Positions 19,400 through 29,613 of a stretch of 64,000 bases of DNA are shown piece by piece; the stretch's first letter is position 1; each line of letters starts with the position of its first letter. The DNA lies in the IMG/VR virus record IMGVR_UViG_3300046753_000522, positions 1-64,000 of that record; one strand, 5' to 3'. Both the position numbers and the translations under genes were made by a program. This DNA comes from a virus. The notes under the pieces are model-generated. The model searched no databases. It was given only the letters and a program-made list of their open reading frames with translations, and was not told the DNA's origin.

Positions 19400-22300
19400 T
19401 ACTTTTTCAACTCCTCAATCTCTGCGGAGAGTTGTTTGATACTCTCAATCAGAAGTGGCACAAGTCTGGCGTAGTCCACAGTGAGGTATTCTTCACCGGA
19501 CACACTTCCACCCTCGCCGTCATCATCCACTGGGGCGCGATGGATTACCTCTGGCACCACTTCCATTACAGACTGTGCACTCACACCGACTTCTTTCTTG
19601 TCACCCTCGTAACCCAACTCGTGTGCTTTGTCGTTGGGAGTGTAGTAGAAAGTTTCGATTGACTTGACCTTCTCTATTGGGTCTTCGATACTGCCAACCA
19701 CATTCTTGAGTCTCTCATCAGAGTAGTAGGCGACAATATTCGATGTACACCTGAGTTCGGAAGTGAACCTCTTGATACCACCGACATCTTGAGCACCAGA
19801 AGTCTTCACTGCATCGGAACCAGTATACAGCGTTGGTTTACCTGTCAGGTCATCATAAGCACCACTAAAGGTGCTGACAGTGACAGCACCAGTGCTACCA
19901 TTCACACTGGACACATAAGAAGTTGTATCCGCGAGAGCGCCAACATCTGCGGCATCGAGGACAACCGTCCCCGTCTGACCGTTGACAGTGTCAATCGGTG
20001 CGGAGACTATCTCAGATGCATTTGCTAGTCTCACCCAATTTCCTGCATGAGCAAAGTATCCTGCTCCAGTGCCGTGGACGTGAGCAAACATGCCGTGGTT
20101 GTCTGTAGCAGATGGTAGGTCACCCTCCGCAGAGTACACATTGGAGAAGAGAACTTTGTTTCCTCCCATGTCTAGAGTGCTCGATGTGACCGCACTGATT
20201 GCATCTGCTGAATCAAATCCAGTCGGGATACTTATCAGAGCATTTACATATGCTGAGTCGACAACTGTTTCTACACGCTCATCGGTGAAGTACAAGTTGT
20301 TTGACCCTTCATCGATGTTATCTGTTGTCGCATTATTGACAATCAGTGTTGCCCTGACATCTGCTCGAGCATCCGTGTAGTACAGGTTGGTTGAACCTTC
20401 TGCCAGATCATCCGTGCTTGCGATAGAACTACCGTCAACTCCGTCCCTGCCTGCTGCTCCGTCTCTACCTGTTGGACTCTCCAACCAGTAGACTCCATCC
20501 CAGATCCACATGACTGCGTCGCCACTATCGGGTGTCTCTAACCATTGTTGTCCCATGTTAGGGGCAGTGGGCGCGTCCTTATTAATGTAAACGACACCCG
20601 CACTATCAAAGTTGACACGTGCTTGTACATATGCCGAGTCTACGAATGTTTCAACACGAGCATCAGTATAGAAAAGATTGGTTGAACCTTCTGCTAGGTC
20701 ATCTGTAGACTTCTGCGCAAAGTTAGAGTCTACCCTCGCATCCGTGTAATAGAGGTTCGAACCTTCTGCCACTGAATCCGTGGTGAGGTTATCAATCCTC
20801 TGACCAAGGTCAGCATCTTCGCTTGACAACGCTGCGATAGCAGAGTCGACATACTTCTTATGTGGGATGTCGAGGTCGTCGGTAACTCCATAGTCGGCAT
20901 TGTATGTTGCCTTTTGGAAGTTCTTGTTTGCGCCACTAATGATCTGTATTGCTGCGCTGGTGTTTCTCTGTATGGTGAGATTGCTATCACCAACACTGGA
21001 GATCTTATTGGTTCTGATCTTACCCTGATCATACACCTCAATGTTTCCATTATTGACATAGATAGAGTTACCACTATCGAAAATGAGGTTACCAGTCATG
21101 GTGTCGCCCGACTTATTAACCTTATCACTGTCGCTGACACCCGCCGTAATAGCATTCAATGCACTGTCGACGTATTGTTTATTAGTCGCGTGATGATCCA
21201 TATTAGGATACTTCACATGGTATAAACCCAGAGATCCATTGCTTACCGATATGAACACATCATTTGTGTCTGAATCGGCGATCTTGAATTCTTCTTTCAC
21301 CATGTTGCGTTTCGATTTGTGCAGTAATTCGTTGGTCTCAGTTTCAAGATCGCCCAACTTCTGGAACATTGGTTGCAGATTCTGTTCTGTTGCGACTAAC
21401 TCATCGTCGAAGTAGAGTCCAACTTGATGCTTATCCCATACGAGTCTCTGGAAACTACCGTCATCAACACTAAGGAGGAACGAATTGTCGAGAGGGGAGA
21501 ATGCTGCGCCCCACATTGAACTTTTAAATTGCCTATTGACAAGGGTCCAGTTGATGCCATCCTTTGACACCATTATCTTGGAACTTCCACTGGATTCCCG
21601 ACTACCTGCTACCCAAAGTCCGTTACCATATGCCACAGATACCCAACGTTTTTCGGATGCTGCAGATGCCGCAGTCCAGTTGATACCATCGGTCGAGTAC
21701 ATGACTCGGTTTGTGCCATCAGATGATACTGCTACGAACTTTCCGTCGCCGTATGTTATACCGAACCATTGATTTTCTTCTACTCCCGCTGTTGCCGTGT
21801 TCCAGTTTACACCATCGGTAGAGTAGATGACAAAACCATTATTGGTTGGGAAATCATCGTATGCTACTGCTACAAAAGTGCCATTGCCATATGCAATGTC
21901 TTGGAACTCTGCTGCCAGTGCATTGTGGTTGTTCCAATTGATACCGTCTGTCGAGGTAGAAACTTGATATGTGCCTCTACTCGTTACTGCTACAAACTTG
22001 CCATCACCGTATGTGACTGCTGAGTATCCACCGTAGTCGTTTCCGTCACCTGGAGCATAACCTGTTGCTTCCTGCCATGTTTCTGCGTTGTCTGTTGAAT
22101 AGAGAATCTTGTTTGTGAAACTGTAGATTACTGTTACCCAAGTTCCGTTACCATCTGTTGCGACATCATAGTATCCGCTTTTCTCATGGGCAGTGGTTGC
22201 AGTGGTCCAATTAATTCCGTCATCGGAGTAGATGATACCTTCGAAGTCGTCATTCTTTGAAATGGATACTGCTACCCATCTACCATTAGCATATTCAACT

Positions 22301-24720
22301 GCCCTTAAACTCTGACCAGTCTTGGTCGACAAGTGGCGCATCCAAGCATCGGTGAAATTCGCCTCTGTCTTCATTTCTAAATCGAAGTCTGAGTCGGAAC
22401 CACCCGCGAAGGTTACTGCAGATCTGAAGGCATTGGACGAATCTCGATACATTCGAACTTCAGGCAATGACAGTTTACCAGTCATCGTATCGCCAGTCAC
22501 ATCTACAAACTGTGATGAATCCATTTGGTCGAATGAAATGTTAGCGAAAGCAGAGTCGAGCATTCTCTTGTTGACCGCGTCATATGAATCAACGGCATCT
22601 GCCACATCGGTGATACGATGACTGTTCATGCTGATGTTTACATTGTAATCTATCGATGCGTCTGCATTGAAACTTACCATGTCCACATTAACAGTAGAAC
22701 TGTCTTTAGTCTCTACATCCAGATTGTCCTGAGTGAAGAATGTCATTCCCGATCCAACAGTCTGGATGTGATTGACATCCATGACCCAGAATGATCCATC
22801 TACCGTGACAGAAGAAACTCCATAGTCCGCATACTGACCTGCCTTGTACAATCGAATGATGGTCCCTATGGTGGGAGTGTTGATCGTATTACCATCGGGG
22901 CGACTGGTGAAACTCAATTTCCATTGAGTGATTTCTGACGGGTCTCGAGAACCACCCAGATTTGCCTGGATATCTCCTGCACCGACTGTATCCGTCGATC
23001 TCCTATAGACGATCTTTCCAAATGGTAAAAATTCTGACTCGGTTCCTCGAATCTTCAGACTGTTGCCAGAACTTCCTCCTGTGAGTCGAACTGTAACATC
23101 AGATGCTGATGGGTTGTTGTTGAAGAGATCGATGTGCTGGGCAGAATCAGGATCAATGGTCATGATGGTCTGATGGGCACCATTAAATGCTAAAGTCCCC
23201 GACATAGCATCACCAGACTTTGAGACCTTGCCACTGTCAAGAGCAGCATGTTCTGCTACGTTCCACGCATGCTCAGAGTCGACAGTGGCATCTAAATATG
23301 CTTTGTGTATCAAGTCATACTCATGATTTCCCGCCGATTGAGAAGCAAGGTAGTTGTATCTTGCTGGTCTATTACTAAACTCTGTCACACTGCTCGAAAG
23401 TATGATACCTGAAGATCCTGATTTCTGAAGGCGCAGATCTTCGCCAGTGAGACTGGACACTATACTTGAAGCAACTTCACCTTCTACAATTACCGAACCT
23501 GTCACTGTTCCGCCAGTGAGGGGAAGGTATCCGGCGAGATCCGAGTCGACTTGTGACTGCGTATAGTACCAACCGTCGGTTACAGTCTTGTTGATAGAAA
23601 CCGTGGGGCGAGCAGGATCAGTCTCGTCGACTTCAATACCCGTTCCAGGTTGAACACGAACAATAGAACCGCTGTTAATGTGCCCTACGTTTCTCCAACT
23701 TGTATCATCTTCGTCCCAAACAAGACCGTCACCAGAATCTACGCTCGTCAGTCCGACCCAACTCGCGACTGCCGTACCAGAGGAGGTGTTGATATAGAGG
23801 TCGCCATTATCCGCTGATGGAGCAGTCTCGACGGTTGCGTCGGTTGTTCCCCTAAAAGTGACAGTAGTTGCGATACCAATATTCGTGTTTGTCCAGACAC
23901 TACCATTCCACTGAAGAACGTCAGTAGCATCGAGAGTAGGGAAGTTTATTTGAACGTCAGAAAGATTGTCAATTGGCATCCGTTCATCAAGGAAGTCCGA
24001 GTCAATTGCCACATCAATGCGGGCATCTACTCGAGCATCGGTATAGTAGAGGTTCGAACCTTCTGCCACTGAATCCGTGGTGAGGTTATCAATCCTCTGC
24101 CCAAGTTCTACATGCTCTGTTGCGTTTTGTGCTTCGTTTGAGTCAATACTTGATTGCATCGAATCAATACTTGATTGCAGTGCGTTATGTTCTGCTACGT
24201 TCCAAGCATGCTCAGAGTCTAGACTTGCTTGTATTGCGGAAGTATCGGACAGGTCTGAATCAAGCGAGTCAATGCTTGCTTGAAGTGCAGCGTGTTCTGC
24301 TGCATTTCGTGCTTCGTTTGAGTCAATGCTTGCTTGTAGTGCAGCATGCTCTGCTACGTTCCATGCATGCTCAGAGTCTAAATGGTCAGAGGGATCATGG
24401 GCAGCAAAGTCGCTATCGAACCTTGCAGTAGTATAGTACAGGTTGGTTGAACCTTCTGCTAGGTCATCTGTAGACTTCTGCGCAAAGTTAGAGTCTACCC
24501 TCGCATCCGTGTAGTACAGGTTGGTTGAACCTTCTGCCAGATCATCCGTAGTTGAGGATTCAATTGTTGAAGAAGAATCGGCGCCAAGGATGTAATCTGT
24601 TAGTCCTTGGATCGATACTTTCTTCGTTCGCATTGTCTCATTATCGACGAATGGTACTACGTCGAGTGGAGATATATCGGAATCTCCAGGTGGCAGTTGC
24701 GAAATCTTAATGAGTGCCAT
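19399..24720 (-). CDS. Long tail fibre protein with an internal beta-propeller and a C-terminal intramolecular chaperone (peptidase S74-like)
   Basis: N-terminal IKISQLP anchor; YGDGKFVAV/YSTDGINW blades; C-terminal YSDERLKN...GVSAQSV...VDYARLVPLLIESIKQL. Confidence 0.85.
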   Translation of the reverse strand: MALIKISQLPPGDSDISPLDVVPFVDNETMRTKKVSIQGLTDYILGADSSSTIESSTTDDLAEGSTNLYYTDARVDSNFAQKSTDDLAEGSTNLYYTTARFDSDFAAHDPSDHLDSEHAWNVAEHAALQASIDSNEARNAAEHAALQASIDSLDSDLSDTSAIQASLDSEHAWNVAEHNALQSSIDSMQSSIDSNEAQNATEHVELGQRIDNLTTDSVAEGSNLYYTDARVDARIDVAIDSDFLDERMPIDNLSDVQINFPTLDATDVLQWNGSVWTNTNIGIATTVTFRGTTDATVETAPSADNGDLYINTSSGTAVASWVGLTSVDSGDGLVWDEDDTSWRNVGHINSGSIVRVQPGTGIEVDETDPARPTVSINKTVTDGWYYTQSQVDSDLAGYLPLTGGTVTGSVIVEGEVASSIVSSLTGEDLRLQKSGSSGIILSSSVTEFSNRPARYNYLASQSAGNHEYDLIHKAYLDATVDSEHAWNVAEHAALDSGKVSKSGDAMSGTLAFNGAHQTIMTIDPDSAQHIDLFNNNPSASDVTVRLTGGSSGNSLKIRGTESEFLPFGKIVYRRSTDTVGAGDIQANLGGSRDPSEITQWKLSFTSRPDGNTINTPTIGTIIRLYKAGQYADYGVSSVTVDGSFWVMDVNHIQTVGSGMTFFTQDNLDVETKDSSTVNVDMVSFNADASIDYNVNISMNSHRITDVADAVDSYDAVNKRMLDSAFANISFDQMDSSQFVDVTGDTMTGKLSLPEVRMYRDSSNAFRSAVTFAGGSDSDFDLEMKTEANFTDAWMRHLSTKTGQSLRAVEYANGRWVAVSISKNDDFEGIIYSDDGINWTTATTAHEKSGYYDVATDGNGTWVTVIYSFTNKILYSTDNAETWQEATGYAPGDGNDYGGYSAVTYGDGKFVAVTSRGTYQVSTSTDGINWNNHNALAAEFQDIAYGNGTFVAVAYDDFPTNNGFVIYSTDGVNWNTATAGVEENQWFGITYGDGKFVAVSSDGTNRVMYSTDGINWTAASAASEKRWVSVAYGNGLWVAGSRESSGSSKIMVSKDGINWTLVNRQFKSSMWGAAFSPLDNSFLLSVDDGSFQRLVWDKHQVGLYFDDELVATEQNLQPMFQKLGDLETETNELLHKSKRNMVKEEFKIADSDTNDVFISVSNGSLGLYHVKYPNMDHHATNKQYVDSALNAITAGVSDSDKVNKSGDTMTGNLIFDSGNSIYVNNGNIEVYDQGKIRTNKISSVGDSNLTIQRNTSAAIQIISGANKNFQKATYNADYGVTDDLDIPHKKYVDSAIAALSSEDADLGQRIDNLTTDSVAEGSNLYYTDARVDSNFAQKSTDDLAEGSTNLFYTDARVETFVDSAYVQARVNFDSAGVVYINKDAPTAPNMGQQWLETPDSGDAVMWIWDGVYWLESPTGRDGAAGRDGVDGSSIASTDDLAEGSTNLYYTDARADVRATLIVNNATTDNIDEGSNNLYFTDERVETVVDSAYVNALISIPTGFDSADAISAVTSSTLDMGGNKVLFSNVYSAEGDLPSATDNHGMFAHVHGTGAGYFAHAGNWVRLANASEIVSAPIDTVNGQTGTVVLDAADVGALADTTSYVSSVNGSTGAVTVSTFSGAYDDLTGKPTLYTGSDAVKTSGAQDVGGIKRFTSELRCTSNIVAYYSDERLKNVVGSIEDPIEKVKSIETFYYTPNDKAHELGYEGDKKEVGVSAQSVMEVVPEVIHRAPVDDDGEGGSVSGEEYLTVDYARLVPLLIESIKQLSAEIEELKK

Positions 24721-24743
24721 GGGTGCCCCTTTTTATTATGCTA

Positions 24744-25919
24744 TTATGGTGACGAGTCCTCGAGTACAATTGCTACAGGTTCGCCTGAGTCGTTTGACAT
24801 TTCGAGAACAACGATATCTGCATCTGTTGGGTTTTCTGTTGTCAACATCTGCGAGAGGTCTGCGGAATACACAACGGCATACCCGTCAATTTCCGTTCCT
24901 CTTGGATTCAATACAGTGTATTTAGTCAAATCAACTGCTGGGATTTCAGTAGAATTTGCTGATAATAAACCTGCTGTAGAAATATTCAACACAGTGCCCA
25001 CATCAGGTTTGAGGTTGTTGATGTCAGAGTCGACCAAGGTGTATGCTGTTGTGCCAGAGTCATACTTTGAGTTGATCCGGAGGTCGAAAGTAGCACTACT
25101 GAAATAAGGAACTGGCACCTCAACTGGATTCTGTATAAATGCATCGTTAATATCAATTACATCGATGTTGACGTTGTAGTCGCTATCGGGACTGACGGGG
25201 CGAGGTTCGGTCTCGACCCTGAGAGTCTCGAGATAATACTCGGGATCCATGTTCCAGAAGTCCACGTCGATACGATTGATGATCGCACCCTCGTCTGGTT
25301 TCGGTCCGAAGAAAGAGATCTTCATCTCGAAGGACAAGGTGTACACAATCGTTCGACGATTCTCTAGTGGTCCTTCATAGTCATCAGCGAAAGCAACCGA
25401 CGTTAGGATTACGGGGACGTCCTCGACGATGTCTGGATAATCTTCGATCGGTTTTACAGGAACGGTATACTGTGGTGCAAAGTAGGGTAGGATTTGCTCT
25501 ACGATTTGTAGGGCATCGTCCTGTTGCTTTGCATAAACATTCAACTCAAAAGAGATAATGTATGGTGTCGACACCTGAAACTTTGCGCCTGACTGATCGT
25601 TATCCACATGCTTCTTGTGAAAGTAATTCATCTTGGGCAACTGTCGTTGCGGGTCGTATGCGATGTTAGTGATCTCGAATGACATTCGTGGCAACTTAAT
25701 TGCCAACTGCCTTTCTTCTTCCTCACCATCAAACATCTCTGCGATTCGTTCGAGGAACTTTCTTTGGGGACCATATGCCAGAGGCACCTTCATCTGAGAA
25801 AGCGTCTCCCTTTCTTTGCTCTTCGCCTTTGTGGTTCTCACAACGTAGATGTTGTTGAACATCGCGCCAAAGATTGCGACAGACTTTCGGACTCTCTCGT
25901 GATAGAAATGCTTAAACAT
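24744..25919 (-). CDS. gp15: Tail terminator/sheath stabiliser (T4 gp15-like) with a C-terminal extension
   Basis: HFYHERVRK..FGAMFNNI, KVPLAYGP, LPRMSFE, DDALQIVEQILPYF. Confidence 0.93.
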   Translation of the reverse strand: MFKHFYHERVRKSVAIFGAMFNNIYVVRTTKAKSKERETLSQMKVPLAYGPQRKFLERIAEMFDGEEEERQLAIKLPRMSFEITNIAYDPQRQLPKMNYFHKKHVDNDQSGAKFQVSTPYIISFELNVYAKQQDDALQIVEQILPYFAPQYTVPVKPIEDYPDIVEDVPVILTSVAFADDYEGPLENRRTIVYTLSFEMKISFFGPKPDEGAIINRIDVDFWNMDPEYYLETLRVETEPRPVSPDSDYNVNIDVIDINDAFIQNPVEVPVPYFSSATFDLRINSKYDSGTTAYTLVDSDINNLKPDVGTVLNISTAGLLSANSTEIPAVDLTKYTVLNPRGTEIDGYAVVYSADLSQMLTTENPTDADIVVLEMSNDSGEPVAIVLEDSSP

Positions 25920-26848
25920 TATATGATATCCCCAAACGGATTACTCTCGTTGAAGTCAACGAACTCAAAGGCAGAAATATCGAAGTCGTCTGGCGCAGTC
26001 GGATTCGATCCTCCAGGACTTCCAGGTTGCACATTCTGCATTTCTTTTACAAGCAGTGGCGTAACAATGCTGTTAAACGTACCGCCTGTGATCGGGATAT
26101 TGCGCTGGAAGTTTCTGAGTTCGCCCGTATCGTTATGAATGTTGGTCAGTCTCAAAACATTGTCTGAGTCTGACCAGTGGACAACCTCTCCAGAGATTTC
26201 ATATGTGTTGTTCTGTTGAGTAACGATCTCGCCACGAAGGAAACCATTGCTTGCAGAGTCTGTATGAAGTTCGTACTGATAGGCAGCAAACTCTTCCACT
26301 CGATCGATCTCTGGTACGAGGGTATCGAATACCTCATTAGAGAATTCGAACAACTCGCAACGGAGTTTAAATGTGGGCAGTTGACCCAACTGATAGAATG
26401 GATTCTCGTCGATGACCGACTGAACTTCGAAGGTTTGATTCGACAGAGGCAGGTGTATAAGGTCACCTTCTCTTGGTCGATAGTATTTCTTATCAGCAGT
26501 GACTCGATCAAGTCCGTCATTATCGTTGAGAGCATGACGACGGATCTCTGTATTCCAACGCCGACGTGCCATCGTAAACGTGACAGCGTCTCGGATCTCA
26601 ACGCCAAACTTCTGAAAGAGATTCCCGTCACCGTCAAACCCATCGATGTTATCAATGTAGCATTCAACGACATAGGAGTACTTGAACTTGGATAGAACTT
26701 CATCGTTGAAGATCATGTCACTGTGGACAACTTCACGAGGAAGATAATAAATGTCGACACCGTAGAACTTCATGGACTCTACAATCAAGTCCTCGTAAAG
26801 ATCCTGTTCAGATTTTACATTGTGTCGGAAAAATGGTGAGGTTGCCAT
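25919..26848 (-). CDS. gp14: Neck protein (T4 gp14-like)
   Basis: EQDLYEDLIVESMKFYG, RPREGDLI, PFYQLG, DFNESNPFG. Confidence 0.94.
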   Translation of the reverse strand: MATSPFFRHNVKSEQDLYEDLIVESMKFYGVDIYYLPREVVHSDMIFNDEVLSKFKYSYVVECYIDNIDGFDGDGNLFQKFGVEIRDAVTFTMARRRWNTEIRRHALNDNDGLDRVTADKKYYRPREGDLIHLPLSNQTFEVQSVIDENPFYQLGQLPTFKLRCELFEFSNEVFDTLVPEIDRVEEFAAYQYELHTDSASNGFLRGEIVTQQNNTYEISGEVVHWSDSDNVLRLTNIHNDTGELRNFQRNIPITGGTFNSIVTPLLVKEMQNVQPGSPGGSNPTAPDDFDISAFEFVDFNESNPFGDII

Positions 26849-26852
26849 TAGA

Positions 26853-27626
26853 TCAACCTACAAAAAATTCGGGCGGGCATTCCTGTTCGAGTCGCATGCG
26901 ATCGCGCAGCATCTCGATTTCTGACCTTGCGTCCTCGAGTATCTGACGACCAGATATCGTAACGCCACCTGGAAGTTGCATTCCTTCGAATTTCGACATA
27001 TTCATACCCCACTGCTCTTTAATTAGGGCAGTTGTAAAGTCCTTCATGAACATATCATTGTAGATAGCAGTGTGGGTTTCGGGGTCTAGTGCTCGGTAGC
27101 ATTCGAATGCCATATGCTGACCGACCTTCATACCACCAGAGTCAACCTCTCCCTGAATGTGAAGGCGGTTTGCTCTTCGAACAAACTCGATAAGAGGTGC
27201 ACCATTGAGGACAGTGTCAATCATACTCATGTACATGTATGACTGGACCATCATATTCATGCCACCATACATCTGGTTGCCGCCACAGGAACTACCGCCC
27301 ATGCCTCCCATCTGAGAGGTCCACCATTGATAGGGGAAGTTGTGCCAACCGCCACCCATCATTCCCATACCACCTTTCATCATCCTTGTCACATACAAAA
27401 CGTCAGAAGGAATGGTAACGTACTCATCCTCCATGTTCTGTTCAGTTACAATAGTAGTGTAGTATGTTCGGTATGTGGCGTCGGAGTGAAACTCTTGATA
27501 CACTTGAAGCGCATCGTCTACTTTATCTTCGACTTGATCTTCGTCTACATTGACCTCGATGACAGGTTCACCGAGTTTCCGCAGGCAGTAGTTGATCAGT
27601 CCGAGTCTTGACGAAATTGCTGCCAT
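26853..27626 (-). CDS. gp13: Neck protein (T4 gp13-like)
   Basis: YCLRKLGEPVIEVNV, LIKEQWGMNMSKFEGMQLPGGVT. Confidence 0.94.
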   Translation of the reverse strand: MAAISSRLGLINYCLRKLGEPVIEVNVDEDQVEDKVDDALQVYQEFHSDATYRTYYTTIVTEQNMEDEYVTIPSDVLYVTRMMKGGMGMMGGGWHNFPYQWWTSQMGGMGGSSCGGNQMYGGMNMMVQSYMYMSMIDTVLNGAPLIEFVRRANRLHIQGEVDSGGMKVGQHMAFECYRALDPETHTAIYNDMFMKDFTTALIKEQWGMNMSKFEGMQLPGGVTISGRQILEDARSEIEMLRDRMRLEQECPPEFFVG

Positions 27627-27632
27627 TGGATA

Positions 27633-28505
27633 TTATGCTCCGTTCAATAAGGTTCCAACTGAATCGTAGATACCAATTCCGTTGAATCCGTCGACACTTG
27701 CGGCATTGACTCCAAGAGCATCGACAAAACTTTTAGTCACCCGAACATCAATATCGCTATCAACTCGAGTACTCGTATAGTAGAGGTTATTAGAACCTTC
27801 TGGTGTATCGTCCGTTGCATAGTTGTGGACAATGCGAGTATGTATTCGACCAGTTGTGGCGTCCGACCTTACCACAATTCCCAATTCAATAACAGGATCG
27901 GGCGGTGTGGGAACAGTCTTTGTTAGTCCACCAGGTGTGGTAGGATCAAGATAAACAATATCACCGACAATGAAGGCACTTGTGTCTATGTTCGAAAGGT
28001 TGCCTTCTTCGACAACGTATCCGTATGCTCCCGAAGAGATGTCATCAGCAGCGAAACCGAGCACTCTGTCTCGATTGAAATCAGAATCACCAGTCTCATC
28101 TGCAAGGATGATGATTGGCGTATCGTTCTCTGCTGAGTCGAGGTATACTACTTCGCCCTTAGAGATTGCTGTGTCTGATTTGGCATAGAACCAGTTCGAT
28201 CCCATGTCCAGTGTAACCCCGTCTTGTAAAACCTGCAAAACGTGGTCTGTAGAATTATAACTGATTGTAGCAGAGTCGTTGAGTGTCAGTAGGTCTGTGC
28301 CGATACTGTCTGCTGTAAGATTGCCGATGATAGTTTTATCGGCAGTAATAGTTTGCTCGGTTCCGAGGGTCACATAAGATTGATTCAGATTAACAATACT
28401 GTTGAGGGTATTATTAATTGAAGAATCAAGGGCAAGGAAGTTTGAATCTAACTCATCGAATGTTAGAGTTTCGCCTTTTTCATTTCGTAGAGTTAAAGTG
28501 GTCAT
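27633..28505 (-). CDS. Collar/short-fibre-like structural protein
   Basis: N-terminal LTLRNEKGETLTFDELDSNF; small beta domain GDIVYLDPTTPGGLT; NLYYT motif; sits in the wac position upstream of gp13. Confidence 0.6.
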   Translation of the reverse strand: MTTLTLRNEKGETLTFDELDSNFLALDSSINNTLNSIVNLNQSYVTLGTEQTITADKTIIGNLTADSIGTDLLTLNDSATISYNSTDHVLQVLQDGVTLDMGSNWFYAKSDTAISKGEVVYLDSAENDTPIIILADETGDSDFNRDRVLGFAADDISSGAYGYVVEEGNLSNIDTSAFIVGDIVYLDPTTPGGLTKTVPTPPDPVIELGIVVRSDATTGRIHTRIVHNYATDDTPEGSNNLYYTSTRVDSDIDVRVTKSFVDALGVNAASVDGFNGIGIYDSVGTLLNGA

Positions 28506-28539
28506 TTCCTTTCCTTAAAAAGATATAGAATTAGATAGA

Positions 28540-28555
28540 GGGGACATAAGTCCCC
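28540..28555 (-). terminator. Hairpin after the 126-aa gene (possible terminator)
   Basis: GGGGAC-TTAT-GTCCCC followed by an AT-rich tract. Confidence 0.5.
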
Positions 28556-28583
28556 CCGTTTCTCGATAAATCGAGTGTCTAAC

Positions 28584-28964
28584 TCAGTTCGGTGCTTCGT
28601 ACGTCAAAGACGAGATTGAGATGGTATCGCCTTGTCCGATTGAAGTAGATGACAAGATGATGTCACCACCGCCACCAGTGGCGGTAACTGAACCAGTGAA
28701 GCAAGAATCGCCTGCACCAGAGAATACGGTGAACTTACCTACCGTACCTGCGTGACAATCAGTGTCATCAGTAATGGTTGCTGCAGTAGCAATACCATTT
28801 GCTGCTCCACCAAATGCGGGGTTAGAGAATGCCAGCGTCGCAATGTCGCTGTCGTTTTGGGTTGCGTCTTGAAAGACGATGCTGCCTGCACCACCGTTGT
28901 CAATAAGGTCGACAACGTAGTTTGCAACACCATTTCGGACGTCTACGGGATGTGTTACTGCCAT
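28584..28964 (-). CDS. Small beta-rich structural subunit (126 aa)
   Basis: Good AGGAG RBS; G/A/T/S-rich; flanked by a late promoter and a hairpin. Confidence 0.7.
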   Translation of the reverse strand: MAVTHPVDVRNGVANYVVDLIDNGGAGSIVFQDATQNDSDIATLAFSNPAFGGAANGIATAATITDDTDCHAGTVGKFTVFSGAGDSCFTGSVTATGGGGDIILSSTSIGQGDTISISSLTYEAPN

Positions 28965-28979
28965 AATGGAACTCCTTAA

Positions 28980-29171
28980 TTAAGTGTCGTTGTTGGTTAC
29001 TTCTTTTGACCGCGTTGCCTTGGTCTTTTCATTCCCTTTCAAGTATTTATCCACTTGATCAGGATGTACATTGTCGACAACGAAGGGAACCTCTTCAACC
29101 GAACCGTCTTTACGACTGACCGTGGCAACGCCTCGAAGTTTACCAAATTTGTCTTTTGATTGTACAACCAT
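28980..29171 (-). CDS. Hypothetical protein (63 aa)
   Basis: GAGGAG RBS; ATVSRKDGSVEEV beta-hairpin-like motif. Confidence 0.65.
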   Translation of the reverse strand: MVVQSKDKFGKLRGVATVSRKDGSVEEVPFVVDNVHPDQVDKYLKGNEKTKATRSKEVTNNDT

Positions 29172-29179
29172 TATTTATA
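29172..29179 (-). promoter_or_regulatory. T4-type late promoter TATAAATA
   Basis: Perfect consensus between the RBS and ATG of the 63-aa gene, so it probably serves the 126-aa gene. Confidence 0.75.
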
Positions 29180-29205
29180 CTCCTCAAATCTTTAAAATAA
29201 ATCCA

Positions 29206-29583
29206 TCATGCAATTCTTGGTGTTCCTGATCCTGTGCCACGCGGCGAACGACTTACCAGAAGATTACCTTCTAAAACTCGCTCCACGATCTCAGAATCAG
29301 AATCACCTTTTACCAATTCAACATCATATATGTATCGCCTACGAACGAGACCTTCGGTTTCATTCGGTGATAGACTGATATCTATAATACCTTTCGACGG
29401 GGGTGCATCGATATTTGTAAGGAAGTAAGTTGCCTCGGAACTGTCTGCGTATTGAGAACGATTGATTGTTCCCCTCACTCGGAAGTCACTGAGGTCACGG
29501 ATACTTCCGTCGGGTGACAGTAATTGTAGTCTGTATCTGACGGATGCTCCCTGATCGACAGATAGGTCTTCATAATGCGCCAT
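29206..29583 (-). CDS. Small Ig-like adaptor/structural protein
   Basis: DLSVDQGA...YIYDVEL...RVLEG pattern typical of phage virion adaptor domains. Confidence 0.65.
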   Translation of the reverse strand: MAHYEDLSVDQGASVRYRLQLLSPDGSIRDLSDFRVRGTINRSQYADSSEATYFLTNIDAPPSKGIIDISLSPNETEGLVRRRYIYDVELVKGDSDSEIVERVLEGNLLVSRSPRGTGSGTPRIA

Positions 29584-29613
29584 AAGATTTCTCTACGCAG
29601 TTTAATTTGTATG

